Positions 26,225 through 37,695 of a stretch of DNA of 64,000 nucleotides are shown here, one piece after another. The stretch is from positions 38,130,001 to 38,194,000 of the forward strand of contig OZ024741.1 in assembly GCA_964016885.1 (NCBI GenBank). Direction: 5' to 3'. The number at the start of each line of letters is the position of its first letter. Within the stretch, counting starts at the first letter, position 1. Position numbers and translations under genes: made by a program. Source of the DNA: Eledone cirrhosa. Lineage: Eukaryota. Below the pieces are notes generated by a model. It was not told the DNA's origin and did no database searches. It saw nothing but the letters and a program-made list of their open reading frames with translations.

Positions 26225-28321
26225 ATGGCTACGAAAAAGAAATTTCATACGTCATTCCCACTCATTCCGTCTTCTTCTTCCTCAATCATCACTACAGCAG
26301 AGAGAAGATTGTCTCTCTCCCTCCCTTCTTTAAATGTGTCTCTCTCCCTCCCTTCTCTTTCGCAAGTGACGAAAGAAAAGAAAAGTCTCGTGCAAAGCGT
26401 GCAAGGTTTCTCCACGACGACGACGACAGCGACGAAACAGGTGTGCGGGAAATACGAAAACCCAGTTCATTCGTCTGACGTCAGGAATAATAGCAGTAGC
26501 AGCCGTAATAACAACAGCAACAGTGACAATGAAAACAACAGTAGCAGCCGCAACAGCATCACCAGCAGCATAAACAACAACAGCATTAGCAACAGCAACA
26601 CCAACAACAACCACAGCAACAGCGGCGGAGGCAGTAGTCGTAGTACCTGCAGCAACAACAAAAGTACCAGCAGCTCTGACGACAACAACAACAGCAGAGA
26701 AAAACCAATCTCATTTGCAGGTATTGCGAAAAACTTGGAAACAATCCTCATAACAAATGAGGAATTAGAGGAAGCGAAGAAGATGGTGACAAAGAACGGA
26801 CACCGAGCAATCTGCAAGGCAGCGAAAAAATTTTTCGAAACCCAAGAGCACTGTACGGTCACGTACCGTACAGTAAGTACAAAATCCCGTAGGGTGGAAA
26901 GAGCCACAGAGGCCCAAATACAAAAAGCCTTGGGGTCTGTGTGGCAGAGGAAAACGCACATCACCCGAGGCAAAAAATACGCCACCGTAGACGTACTTTT
27001 TGCCACACCCCAGGAGGCAAAGGCCCAATCAGTAGTGACCCTAAGGAGCGAGGAAATGGTGTTGGTGCCCTCCTACTGCGGGCAAAAAATTGTGAGGGTC
27101 AAACTGACCCACGTCCCACCCGGAATGACCCCTTCTTGGCTGGCCGCGTCTGTCCTCGTCGGAATCGAGGACAAAACAACTGTACTGCAAGTACAGAAAA
27201 AAGTAAGAGAAGATTGGGTCGGCTCCTCCATTGAGATGCTAATCCAAACCAACCAGGAGTGCATCGAAGCTATCCCGGATGTGATAGACTTCGATAACGG
27301 CACTCAACTGCCCATAAGTGTTGAGGGCAAACGCCCGAAATGCTTTCGCTGTGGATCGAAGACTCACCTCAGGGCCTTCTGCAACGAGAAGACCCTGAGA
27401 AAGGAGAAAACCCCCCTCCTTCCGAATCCGGCTCCACGGCTACCAGCAACAGGACAAGCGGCAACCAGGAACGATAGGTCCGTGGCACCCATACCCACTC
27501 CACGGAAATCAAAGACAGCAGCAGCAGTGGAAATATTAACAACAACAACAGCAATACCAAATGCAGCTGCAACAGAGACTCCAGTGCAAACATCACCAAC
27601 AACAACAAGTGAAAGAGTGGAGCTGGTACCCCTCCCCGACCTTACAGAATCAGACATGGAGTGTGAGGTGGGAGAGGGATGGCAAAAGGTCGCAAGAAGG
27701 CACAAACGCAGAAGCAGCGCATCGTCGCCTTTGAAAAGGGAGGAAAGAAATGAGAAAAGGGTAAAGTCTACTGCAAAGAGACCCACAGCAGCAACACCAC
27801 CAACACCATCACCACCCACACCAGCACCACCATCACCACCGGCGACAACCCCACCGCCAACAACACCTTCAACACCACCACCACAAGCACCAACATCGCA
27901 AACACAACAACAAAACACACACACCCAGCAACAACGACAAGAAAATAGCAGAACCACACCCCACCCCCAGAAAAACAAATGCACGGCAATAAACACACAC
28001 AACAAGAAACTAATGACTTACATAATTGAACACACAGACATTTCACAACAGGACTACATAATACCAGCACCAATCAAAACGCCAACTAACATAAGACTGC
28101 TAAAAATAGCACAGAAACAATACACAAACATTAAAACGAAATTCCCCAACGCAGTTGGTGATTTCAGGGACCTAGGAGGAACCATTAATCGAAGAGTATA
28201 TTCAGACATTCTCTTAGAAGAGCCGACGACCAGCCGAAGGGACGATTCAACGGTCCCTTCACCAGACGATCAAGTGAAAAGGGATGTAAAAACCATCCCT
28301 CCTCTACGAAAAGTACGGTAA
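26225..28321 (+). CDS. ORF1, 698-aa nucleic-acid-binding protein (S/N-rich N-terminus, RRM-like region, CCHC knuckle, P/T-rich linker)
   Basis: Intact ORF; CX2CX4HX4C motif; lies upstream of ORF2. Confidence 0.92.
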   Translation: MATKKKFHTSFPLIPSSSSSIITTAERRLSLSLPSLNVSLSLPSLSQVTKEKKSLVQSVQGFSTTTTTATKQVCGKYENPVHSSDVRNNSSSSRNNNSNSDNENNSSSRNSITSSINNNSISNSNTNNNHSNSGGGSSRSTCSNNKSTSSSDDNNNSREKPISFAGIAKNLETILITNEELEEAKKMVTKNGHRAICKAAKKFFETQEHCTVTYRTVSTKSRRVERATEAQIQKALGSVWQRKTHITRGKKYATVDVLFATPQEAKAQSVVTLRSEEMVLVPSYCGQKIVRVKLTHVPPGMTPSWLAASVLVGIEDKTTVLQVQKKVREDWVGSSIEMLIQTNQECIEAIPDVIDFDNGTQLPISVEGKRPKCFRCGSKTHLRAFCNEKTLRKEKTPLLPNPAPRLPATGQAATRNDRSVAPIPTPRKSKTAAAVEILTTTTAIPNAAATETPVQTSPTTTSERVELVPLPDLTESDMECEVGEGWQKVARRHKRRSSASSPLKREERNEKRVKSTAKRPTAATPPTPSPPTPAPPSPPATTPPPTTPSTPPPQAPTSQTQQQNTHTQQQRQENSRTTPHPQKNKCTAINTHNKKLMTYIIEHTDISQQDYIIPAPIKTPTNIRLLKIAQKQYTNIKTKFPNAVGDFRDLGGTINRRVYSDILLEEPTTSRRDDSTVPSPDDQVKRDVKTIPPLRKVR

Positions 28322-28356
28322 GTGGTCTTTCCCATCTTTTCCACTCTATTTTAAAC

Positions 28357-31300
28357 ATGACCTCACTCAGAATAGGCAGCATAAATGCGCGTGGCTTGGG
28401 GTCGTCATGGAAGCAGGGTCACCTGCTCAACGACCTCAGGTCACTAAACATAGATGTAGTGGCCATCAGCGAGACCAGAATCTCCGAAGCACGGGCCTTC
28501 GCACCGATCTTCGGCGGCTACGATGTGTACGCATCTCCCAGCCGTCCTGGATCGGGTGGAGGAGTTGCTGTGCTTTTTCGGAGAGGTTTGGATCTCGCCA
28601 TACGGGCCATCTTCCTGGACCCAGAGGGTAAGCTGGTGGTGCTGGACGTGACCAGCGGAGACGGGCAAGCTTTCAGGCTAGTGGCCGTCTATGCCCCGAC
28701 AGGAGCAGGGCGGCCTGATTTCTTCCGGCGTCTGGAGACCTTTCTTGGAACGTCCCGCTCTTTAGTGTTAGTGGGCGACTGGAACGGGATCTTAGATGCA
28801 CGCTGGGACTGTGTGGGATTAGCGGATAGGGGTGGAGGGTGCAAGAGCCTCACCAACCTGCTCAGGCGTTTTGAACTGTCTGACAGGTACCGATTGGATT
28901 TCCCGAATGTGCCAATGTGGACTTGGACAAACCGCATAGGGTCATCCAGATCATATCTAGATAGAGTATTTTGTAGGGAAATAGATAGGTCTAGCATAGG
29001 CTGTCCACAATTCAAGATAGTCAGCTACACGGACCACAAATTTGTGACCTGTGTGCTTGACTTAGATAGGCTTCATAGACGAGGACCCGGCTACTGGAAG
29101 CTAAACGCGTCCTTACCAGCGCGCAAGGCCTACAGAGACCGGATTAGCGAACTAGTTAAGCGGGCGTTGACGGGGGCCATCGTCAACAACAAGTGGTGGT
29201 TTGCTCTGAAAAGAGCGATTAGAATAGAATCGATTAGGTTTAGTAAGGCTTTAGCAATAGAGAAAAATAGAGCAGAGGGAGAACTAGTTAGAAAATTAGA
29301 CGAGGCGCTTAGCAAAGGCATTGCGACCGACGTGCTTGCGGCGAAATTAGCCCTTGACCAATTCTTCAATGCAAAGCACGAAGGCTGCGTTGTCAGAGCT
29401 AGGGTGCGTGCTCTCAGACACGAGGGGACGAAAGCCGTTCAATGGGCCCGAGTGGCGGAGGCGCGTCGTGGCAACAAAGCCACGATCCGGTCTTTGGTGG
29501 ACCACGACGGGCGCATGCTACTCGATCCCGGGCAAATGTGTGAAGCTTTTCAGCGACACTTCGCTCAGCTGTTCGGGGGCAGCGGGGGGCCGGGTAGAGG
29601 GATGGACTTTAGTGTCTACCTCGACGGACTGCCGCGGCTCTCGGCCACTGAGGCGAAGTGTTGCGAAAAGCCGATAACAGCCGCTGAAGTACGGGAGGCA
29701 ATGACTGGCTGCACAAGGGGTAAATCGCCTGGTTTGGATGGTCTGCCCTATGAACTTTACGTACAGATGCCAGACTTGTTCGGAGGCCTCTTGGCGGACG
29801 TCTACTGCAACTGGCAACAGAACGGGAGAATTCCCAGTTCTGTGAGCCGAGGAGCGGTGGCACTGCTGAGAAAGGATCCGAACAAGGGGGATAACATAGA
29901 CAATTTCCGGCCCATAACTCTGCTAAACACAGAGTTTAAGATTTTGGCCAAGGTGCTAGCAAAGAGGTTGGCGCTTGTCGTTGGTGGTCTGGTGGGAGAG
30001 GCGCAGACATGCGCCATTCCCGACAGATCCATCCACGACAACCTCCACCTCATGCGATACATCGTAGAGAGGGTAGCTAGGGAACCTGGCACGGGTGGGT
30101 CCTTGATCAATTTAGATCAGTCGAAAGCTTTCGATAGGGTCGACCATCGTTACCTAGCGGCAGTCCTGAGGGCGGCTGGCTTTGGGCCCGTCTTCAGAGG
30201 CTGGATCGCTGCCATGCACAGCGACATCTGCTCTGTAGTGAGAGTGAACGGTCACCTGTCGGAACCGTTCAACATCATGCGCTCGGTCCGCCAAGGATGT
30301 CCCCTCTCGTCCCTCTTGTACGTATTGACTCTCGAGCCATTACTGCACAAACTGGAGACGTTGAGGGGAGTCCCGCGCGAACTAGGATGCGGAAGATCCG
30401 TGTCAGCATATGCGGACGATGTCACCGTAGTGGTGTCGAACGCCAAACACATCGAGGCGATCGGCACTACACTAAGAGAATACGAAGCGGTGACAGGAGC
30501 AATGATCAACCAGGAAAAGTCAGTGGGCCTGCAGCTCGGCACCTGGAGAGGCAGGTCCATGCCGTCCAACAGCGTCGTCGGGCGCTGGACGGACGGACCG
30601 GTTAAATTGCTAGGGGTCTGGTTCGGTCCGGACCTCCAGACGGACAAAAACTGGGACGAGGTGACGAGCAGGGTGGCTTCTCTCACCCAGAAATGGGCGG
30701 AGAGGAAGCTATCCCTGAAAGGTCGAGCGGAGGTGGCTAACGCGTACATCGCGTCTGTCATCTGCTACCGCCTAACCGTCGTACCTTGTCCTAAGCCTCG
30801 CCTGACTGCGCTGGAGCGTTTGCTCTTTCGCTTTTTGTGGAAGGGACGTGCTCCGATGGTCAGGCGGTCCATCTGTTGTCAACACCCGCTACGTGGAGGG
30901 CTGGGCATGCCGTGGCTGATGATGCGCAGGCACGCGCTCAGGCTACGACATCTCCACCTCTTCCTCGACGGTGATCAGGTGTGGTCGCCGTTTGCTAGAC
31001 GCGTTTTTCCCCAGCTCGTTTCCTTGACGGAGCTGCAGTCCTGGGTCAAGCGAAGACCGAGAGGGAGCGCCTGGAGACTGGAATGTCTTCAGGCGCTCAC
31101 AGCCCTCGACCAATCGGGCAATGTGATCGGTGGAAACTCCACCTCGGCGTTCTATAGAGGATTAGTGGAGGGGAAGAGCGACGACGTACTTGGGGAAACT
31201 CTAGGCGTCGACGAAAATCAACTAGCCAATCTCTTCGGAAGAACTTTCGGGCCAGGGCCTATGGACAACTTCCAGAAATCTCTGGCCTGGCAGTGCTACC

Positions 31301-31776
31301 GAGGAGCCTTGCCAGTTCGGGATAAACTCTACAGGCATGGAGGTGCCGTCAGCCGGGCATGTCCGAGATGCGCGCAGGGCGACGAAACCGTCCTGCACGC
31401 ACTCGTCCAGTGTCCGAAAATTGCTGACTTGTGGGTTTATGTCGAACACCTGCTGTCGCGTTTAGGACGGATCCAGCTATCATCTGAGTCTATCGTGAGG
31501 ATTGCCCCGCCCTCCTCCTTTAGCTGGGAAGGGCAGGCAGTTTTTATCTGTCTGGTGGCAATGGCGAAAGAGATAGTATGGTGGACACGTTTGAAAGGGC
31601 TGAAGACGAGCACTTACCTCTTCGGTGATGCTCTGATTGACTTTTTCAAATTTCATTTGAAAAGGAAAATCAGAGTAGAGAGGGAAGTGCTCTCTTCCCA
31701 GCATTTTGTTGAAAGATGGGTGAGAGAAGCAAGAATGGCCCGAGTGAATGGGCCGACTCTGAGTATATATCTGTAA
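28357..31776 (+). CDS. ORF2, intact 1139-aa APE-RT
   Basis: Same motifs as 22306-25725. Confidence 0.95.
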   Translation: MTSLRIGSINARGLGSSWKQGHLLNDLRSLNIDVVAISETRISEARAFAPIFGGYDVYASPSRPGSGGGVAVLFRRGLDLAIRAIFLDPEGKLVVLDVTSGDGQAFRLVAVYAPTGAGRPDFFRRLETFLGTSRSLVLVGDWNGILDARWDCVGLADRGGGCKSLTNLLRRFELSDRYRLDFPNVPMWTWTNRIGSSRSYLDRVFCREIDRSSIGCPQFKIVSYTDHKFVTCVLDLDRLHRRGPGYWKLNASLPARKAYRDRISELVKRALTGAIVNNKWWFALKRAIRIESIRFSKALAIEKNRAEGELVRKLDEALSKGIATDVLAAKLALDQFFNAKHEGCVVRARVRALRHEGTKAVQWARVAEARRGNKATIRSLVDHDGRMLLDPGQMCEAFQRHFAQLFGGSGGPGRGMDFSVYLDGLPRLSATEAKCCEKPITAAEVREAMTGCTRGKSPGLDGLPYELYVQMPDLFGGLLADVYCNWQQNGRIPSSVSRGAVALLRKDPNKGDNIDNFRPITLLNTEFKILAKVLAKRLALVVGGLVGEAQTCAIPDRSIHDNLHLMRYIVERVAREPGTGGSLINLDQSKAFDRVDHRYLAAVLRAAGFGPVFRGWIAAMHSDICSVVRVNGHLSEPFNIMRSVRQGCPLSSLLYVLTLEPLLHKLETLRGVPRELGCGRSVSAYADDVTVVVSNAKHIEAIGTTLREYEAVTGAMINQEKSVGLQLGTWRGRSMPSNSVVGRWTDGPVKLLGVWFGPDLQTDKNWDEVTSRVASLTQKWAERKLSLKGRAEVANAYIASVICYRLTVVPCPKPRLTALERLLFRFLWKGRAPMVRRSICCQHPLRGGLGMPWLMMRRHALRLRHLHLFLDGDQVWSPFARRVFPQLVSLTELQSWVKRRPRGSAWRLECLQALTALDQSGNVIGGNSTSAFYRGLVEGKSDDVLGETLGVDENQLANLFGRTFGPGPMDNFQKSLAWQCYRGALPVRDKLYRHGGAVSRACPRCAQGDETVLHALVQCPKIADLWVYVEHLLSRLGRIQLSSESIVRIAPPSSFSWEGQAVFICLVAMAKEIVWWTRLKGLKTSTYLFGDALIDFFKFHLKRKIRVEREVLSSQHFVERWVREARMARVNGPTLSIYL

Positions 31777-32036
31777 ACTAAAGGTGGAAAACTGGGAGAG
31801 GGCACTTGCCTTGGTGGTCAGGGTCATTGTGGCTTTTTACTGGGCTTTCTCCACAAATGTCCCTCCGAAGTCTCCCCCCTATTGGGGAATTTTTCATTGT
31901 TATTTTCATTGTTATTTTTGTTACATCCTCTCTTTTTGTTTTTTTACACGCAGAAATGCCCATTTGTACCGTCCTGCATTGTCCTGCACTGTCTTTAATG
32001 TCTACTTTATGTAAACCCTTGTGGTTAATAAAGAAA

Positions 32037-32074
<38 letters not shown>

Positions 32075-35000
32075 GGTTGGTGAAGCCACGCTTCTTATCG
32101 CCTCCAGTCTTTTTCAACGTTTTACCTCTTTTACAACCGTTCTAAACCTTTTATTCAAGTTTTAAATTTGATAAAAGTTTAGAAGGAGTGACCCACCTAA
32201 TACAGGGGTTCACTAGTAAATAATACGGCACCCCTTTACGGGGTGTCGTATTCGTATTTGTGCAAAAATATTTTTTGAAAAATTTCAACATGGATAACAC
32301 AAAAGAGAGAGAGAGCGCTGTCAGACAACACAGAGAGAGGGAGACTTTATCAGCATGTCAACAAGACAGCGTTCCAGCGGAGGTAAATATAAACGAAAAT
32401 ATTACAAAGGAAAAATAGATTGTTAAAGATTTAAAATTAACAAATATTTCTAACACAAACAACACCAACAATAACACCAACAACATCACCAACAACAACA
32501 CCAAAAATAACAGCGGTAAAGTCGAGAACGACAATAACAAAAATAACAGCGGTAAGGTCGAGAACGACAATAACAAAAATAACAGCGGTAAGGTCGAGAA
32601 CGACAATAACAATGACAATAACAACAGCCACAACAACAATAATAGTAGGAACAGTATCAACAAAAACAACAATAATAATAACAGCCACAATAACAGTAAC
32701 AGCAGAAACAGTATCAACGAAAACAACACCAACAGCTGTACCAGCGAAAAGAACAACAATGACACCAATACCTGTAATAGCGACCTCTCGGCACCACCAG
32801 TAAGACCAGTAGCGGCAGCAATAGTGGTGCTGCTGAAAAAGGGACCACTTCTTTTGCAGGTGTCGCCCGAAATATCGAGACAGTGTTAGTCACAGAGGAG
32901 GAGATGGCAGTCGCAAGGGCCATGGTGACAAGAAGCGCAAATAGAGTTTCCCTGAAACCTCCACCCGATTTTTTCAAGGACCAGCAGCTACGAACGATGA
33001 CTTACCGCACCGTAAGCAAAATCTCACATCGAGTGGAGAGAGCCACGGAGGCTCAAATCCAAAAGGCCTTGGGGTGCGTCTGGGCACGCAAAACCCACAT
33101 CACCCGAGGCAGAAAGTACGCCACAGTAGACGTACTTTTCGCCACCCCCCAGGAAGCAAAGTCTCACTCTTTGGAAACCCTAAAGAGTGAGGAGTTAGTC
33201 TTGGTGCCCTACTGCGGGCAGAAAATTGTGAGGGTCAAAGTGACCCAGGTCCCACCCGACGTGCCCATACCTTGGCTGGCCATGGATAACTAAAGCAGCA
33301 TCATCAGTAGCGGCAACACCAATAGCTACATTTGAAATAGCTACACCAGCAACAACATTGCCGAAGAGGGCTCCACTACCACCACCAACAGCCGTGGAGC
33401 ACATACCCATGCCAGACGCCACAGAATCCTACATGGAGTTTGAGGCGGGAGTGACGTGGCAAACAGTCTGCCACAAAAAGGAAAAAAGAAAAAACCCTTA
33501 GATTCACCCTCCAAAAGCGAAGGCATACAAAGAGGGGTAAAGGCAGCAAGGAAACTTGCAGCAATACCACCACAAACACCAACAACGCAAGCACAACAAG
33601 ACACACACACCAAACAGCAACAAGAAGAAAACGGCAACAAAATCACCCCTCACCCCCAAAAAGTACACAGCCATAAACAGCAAAAAATGAACTCATAAAA
33701 TATATAAAGCAGCACACAGACATCACGGAAAAAAATTACTACACCCCACCAACACCAAGAACTCTCCCGACAAACATAAGCATCATCGAAATCTGATTAG
33801 AACAATACAAACCTTTAAAACAAAAATTCCCCAACGCAGTTGGAGACTTCAGAGGAACGGTTACCAAGAGGTTATACACTGACATCCTCTTGGAAACACC
33901 CATGACAAGCGAAAGGGACGGTTCTACTGTCCCTTCACCACACGAACAAGGTAGGTGACCCTTTCTCATTTGCCTCGTTTCTCATCCAACATGGCTGTAC
34001 TCAGAATAGGCAGTATAAATGCACGTGGCCTGGGGGTCATCTTGGAAGCAGGGTCACCTGCTCAATGACCTCAGGTCACTAAACATAGATGTGGTGGCCA
34101 TCAGTGAAATCAGAATCTCCGAGGCACGGGCCTTCGCACCGATCTTCGGCGGCTACGATGTATACGCATCTCCCAGCCGTCCAGGATCGGGGGAAGAGGT
34201 TGCCGTCCTTTTTCGGAGAGGCTTGGATCTCGCGATACAGGCCATCTTCCTGGACCCAGAAGGTAAGTCGGTGGTGCTGGACGTGACCGTAGCGAAGGCA
34301 ATGCTTTCAGGCTAGTAGCAGGGGCAGGACGGCCGGATTTCTTCAGACGTCTAGAGACCTTTCTTGGAACGTCCCGCTCTTTAGTGTTAGTGGGCGACTG
34401 GAACGGTATCTTGGATGCACGCTGGGATCGTGTGGGGCTAGTGGATAAGGGAGGAGGGTGCAAGAGCCTCACCAACCTGCTCAGACGTTTTGAACTGTCT
34501 GACAGGTATCGACTGGATCACCAGAATGTGCCAATGTGGACATGGACAAACCGCATCGGGTCACCAGATCGTATCTAGATAGGGTATTCTGCAGGGAACT
34601 AGATAAGGCTAGTATAAGTTGTCCACAATTTAAAATAGTCGACTACACAGACCACAAATTTGTGATCTGTGAGATCGACATAGACAGACTTCATAGACAA
34701 GGGCCTGGTTACTGGAAGCTGAACGCGTCTTTCTCGGCGCGCAAGGCCTACAGAGACCGGATTAGCGTATTAGTTAAGCGGGCGTTGACGGGAGCGGTCG
34801 TCAACAACAGGTGGTGGTTCGCTCTGAAAAGGGCAATTAAAGTAGAGTCGATTAGGTTTAGCAAAGGAGTAGTGATAGAGGAAAATAGAGTAGAGGGAGA
34901 GCTAGTCAGAATTCTAGAAGAGGCGTTTAGGACAGGCATCGCAACCGACGTGCTTGCAGCGAGATTGGCACTCGACCAATTCTTCAACACAAAACACGAA

Positions 35001-37668
35001 AGCTGCGTTGTCAGAGCTAGAGCGCGTGCTCTGAAACACGAGGGGACAAAAGCCGTCCAATGGGCCCCGGTGGCAGAGGCGTGACGTGGCAATAAAGCCA
35101 CAATTCGGTCTTTGTCTGACCAAAACGGGTGCGTGATGCTCGAACCCGAGCGGATGTGTGAAGCTTTTCAACAGCACTTTGTTGAACTGTTCGGGGGCGG
35201 CGGCGGCCCGGATCGGGATATTGACTTCAGTGCATACCTCGACGGACTGCCTCGGCTCTCGACGACCGCAGCACAGTGTTGCGATAAGCCAATAACAGCC
35301 GGTGAAATACGGGAAGCGATGGTTAACTGCACAAGGGTAAATCGCCAGGTTTAGATGGTCTGCCCTACGAGCTTTATGCATTTATGCCAGACTTGTTCGG
35401 TGACCTCTTGGCAGACGTCTACTGCAACTGGCAGCAGAACGGGAGCATTCCCAGTTTTGTGGGCCGGGGAGCAGTGGCGCTGCTGAGAAAAGACCCGAAC
35501 AAGGGGGATGTTATTGATAATTTCAGGCCCATAACTCTGCTAAACGCAGAGTTCAAGATTTTGGCCAAGGTGTTAGCAACGAGGTTGGCGCTTGTCGTCA
35601 AGGGTCTGGTGGGAGTGGCGCAGACATGCGCCATCCCGGACAGATCCATACACGACAACCTCCACCTCATGCGATACATCATAGAGAGGGTGGTTAAGGA
35701 TCCTGGCAAGGGTGGGTCCCGGATCAACTTGGATCAATCCAAAGCATTCGATAGGGTCGACCATCGGTACCTGGCGGCGGTCCTCGAGGCAGCCGGTTTC
35801 GGGCCCGTTTTCAGGCGTTGGATCGCAGCAATGTACAGCGACATCTGCTCAGTTGTGAGGGTGAACGGTCACCTGTCGCAGCCGTTCAGCATCCTGCGCT
35901 CAGTCCGCCAGGGTTGTCCCTTCTCGTCCCTCTTGTACGCATTGGCTCTCGAGCCGTTACTGCACAAACTGTGGGCGATGAGGGGCGTACCACGCGAACT
36001 AGGATACGGGAAATCCGAGTCGGCTTACGCTGACGACGTCACCGTGGTGGTGTCGAGCACCAGACACGTCCAGATGCTCGGCACCGCTCTCAAGGAATAC
36101 GAAACGGTGACAGGAGCAAAGATAAACCAAGAAAAGTCGGTGGGCTTACAGCTAGGCACCTGGAGAGGCAAGTCCATGCCGTCCGACAGCGTCGTGGGGC
36201 GTTGGACGGACGGACCGGTTAAATTGCTCGGGGTCTGGTTCGGACCGGACCTCCAGATGGAGAAAAACTGGAACGAGGTGACGAGCAGGGTGGCCTCCCT
36301 CACCCAGAAATGGGCTGAGAGGAAGCTGTGCCTGAAAGGCCGGGCGCAAGTGGCGAATGCGTACATCGCATCCGTCATCTGCTACCGCCTCACCGTCGTC
36401 CCTTGCTCCAGCCCAACTCTCACCAAAATGGAGCGCCTCCTCTTCCGCTTTTTGTGGAAGGGACGCGCTCCCATGGTCAGACGATCCATCTGCTGTCAAC
36501 ACCCGTTGCATGGAGGACTGGGCATGCCATGGCAGATGATGCGCAAACATGCGCTGAGGCTGCGACATTTCTGGTGTTTCCTTGATGGTGAACGGGTGTG
36601 GTCGCCGTTCGCCAGGCACATTTTCCCACAGCTCCTCTCCTTGACGGAGCTGCAGTCCTGGGTCAGAAAAAGACCGAGGGATAGCGCTTGGAAACCGGAA
36701 TGTCTCCAGGCACTCACTGCCCTCTCCCAGTTGGCCACCAGTATCGGTGGAACATCCAACTCGGCGTTCTATAGAGGACTAGTGGAGGGGAAGAGCGACG
36801 ACGTTCTCGGAGAGATCCTGGGCGTCGAAGAAGATCGGGCTGCTTGCTCTCTTCCGGAGAACTTTCAGCCCGGGGCCTATGGATAACTTCCAAAAATCCC
36901 TGGCCTGGCAGTGCTACCGGGGAGCGCTGCTGGTTCGAGATAAGCTCTACAGGCACGGAAGTGCCGTCAGCCGAGCCTGTCCGAGATGCGCGCATAGCGA
37001 CGAAACCGTTGTGCACGCACTCGTTCAGTGCCCGAGCATTGCTGACTTGTGGAGCTATGTCGAACAGTTGCTGTCACGTGTGGGACTGATCCGATTGTCG
37101 ACTGAGTCCATTGTGCAGATGGTCTCACCATCTACCTTCGAGAAGGAAGGACAGGCGGTTTTCATCTGCCTGGTGGACATGGCGAAAGAGATTGTGTAGT
37201 GGACAAGGTTAAAAGGATTAAAGACAAACACTTTCCTCTTCGGCGAATCCCTGATTAACTTTTTCAAGTTTCACTTGAAGAGGAAAATGAGGGTGGAGAA
37301 GCAAGTGCTGCTTTCTAGCAAGTTTGTTGAAAGGTGGGTGAATGTAGCGAGAATGGTCCGAGTGAATATACGTCTGTAGTTTGAGAGATGGAAAAATTGA
37401 GAGAGAGCGCTTGCCCTGGTAGTCAGGGTGGCCGTGGTCTTTTGTGTGGTTTTCGCCACGAGTAACCCTCGGAGGTTTCCCCCCTATTGGCGAATTTTTC
37501 ATTGTTTCAATTTTCATTTTATTTTTTATATATATATATGTTTTATGTCTTTTGTCTTTTCTTATATAAATAATAAAAATATTTACACGCACAAAACCCA
37601 CATCGTACCGTCCTGTTCCGTCTGTGATGTTTTTCTTGATGTCAGCCCTTGTGGCCAATAAAGAAATC
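32075..37668 (+). mobile_element. Tx1 family B (related family, degenerate, both termini present)
   Basis: Different 5'UTR; ORF1 from ~32290 with stops, a 36-bp x3 repeat (32503-32610) and loss of the knuckle region; ORF2 33991-37378 in several frames; ends CCCTTGTGGCCAATAAAGAAATC(ATT)9. Confidence 0.9.
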
Positions 37669-37695
37669 ATTATTATTATTATTATTATTATTATT

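Larger units (their letters stand above)
26010..32038 (+). mobile_element. Tx1 family A, copy A3 (both ORFs intact, potentially active)
   Basis: 698-aa ORF1 and 1139-aa ORF2 uninterrupted; followed by (ATT)12. Confidence 0.95.
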
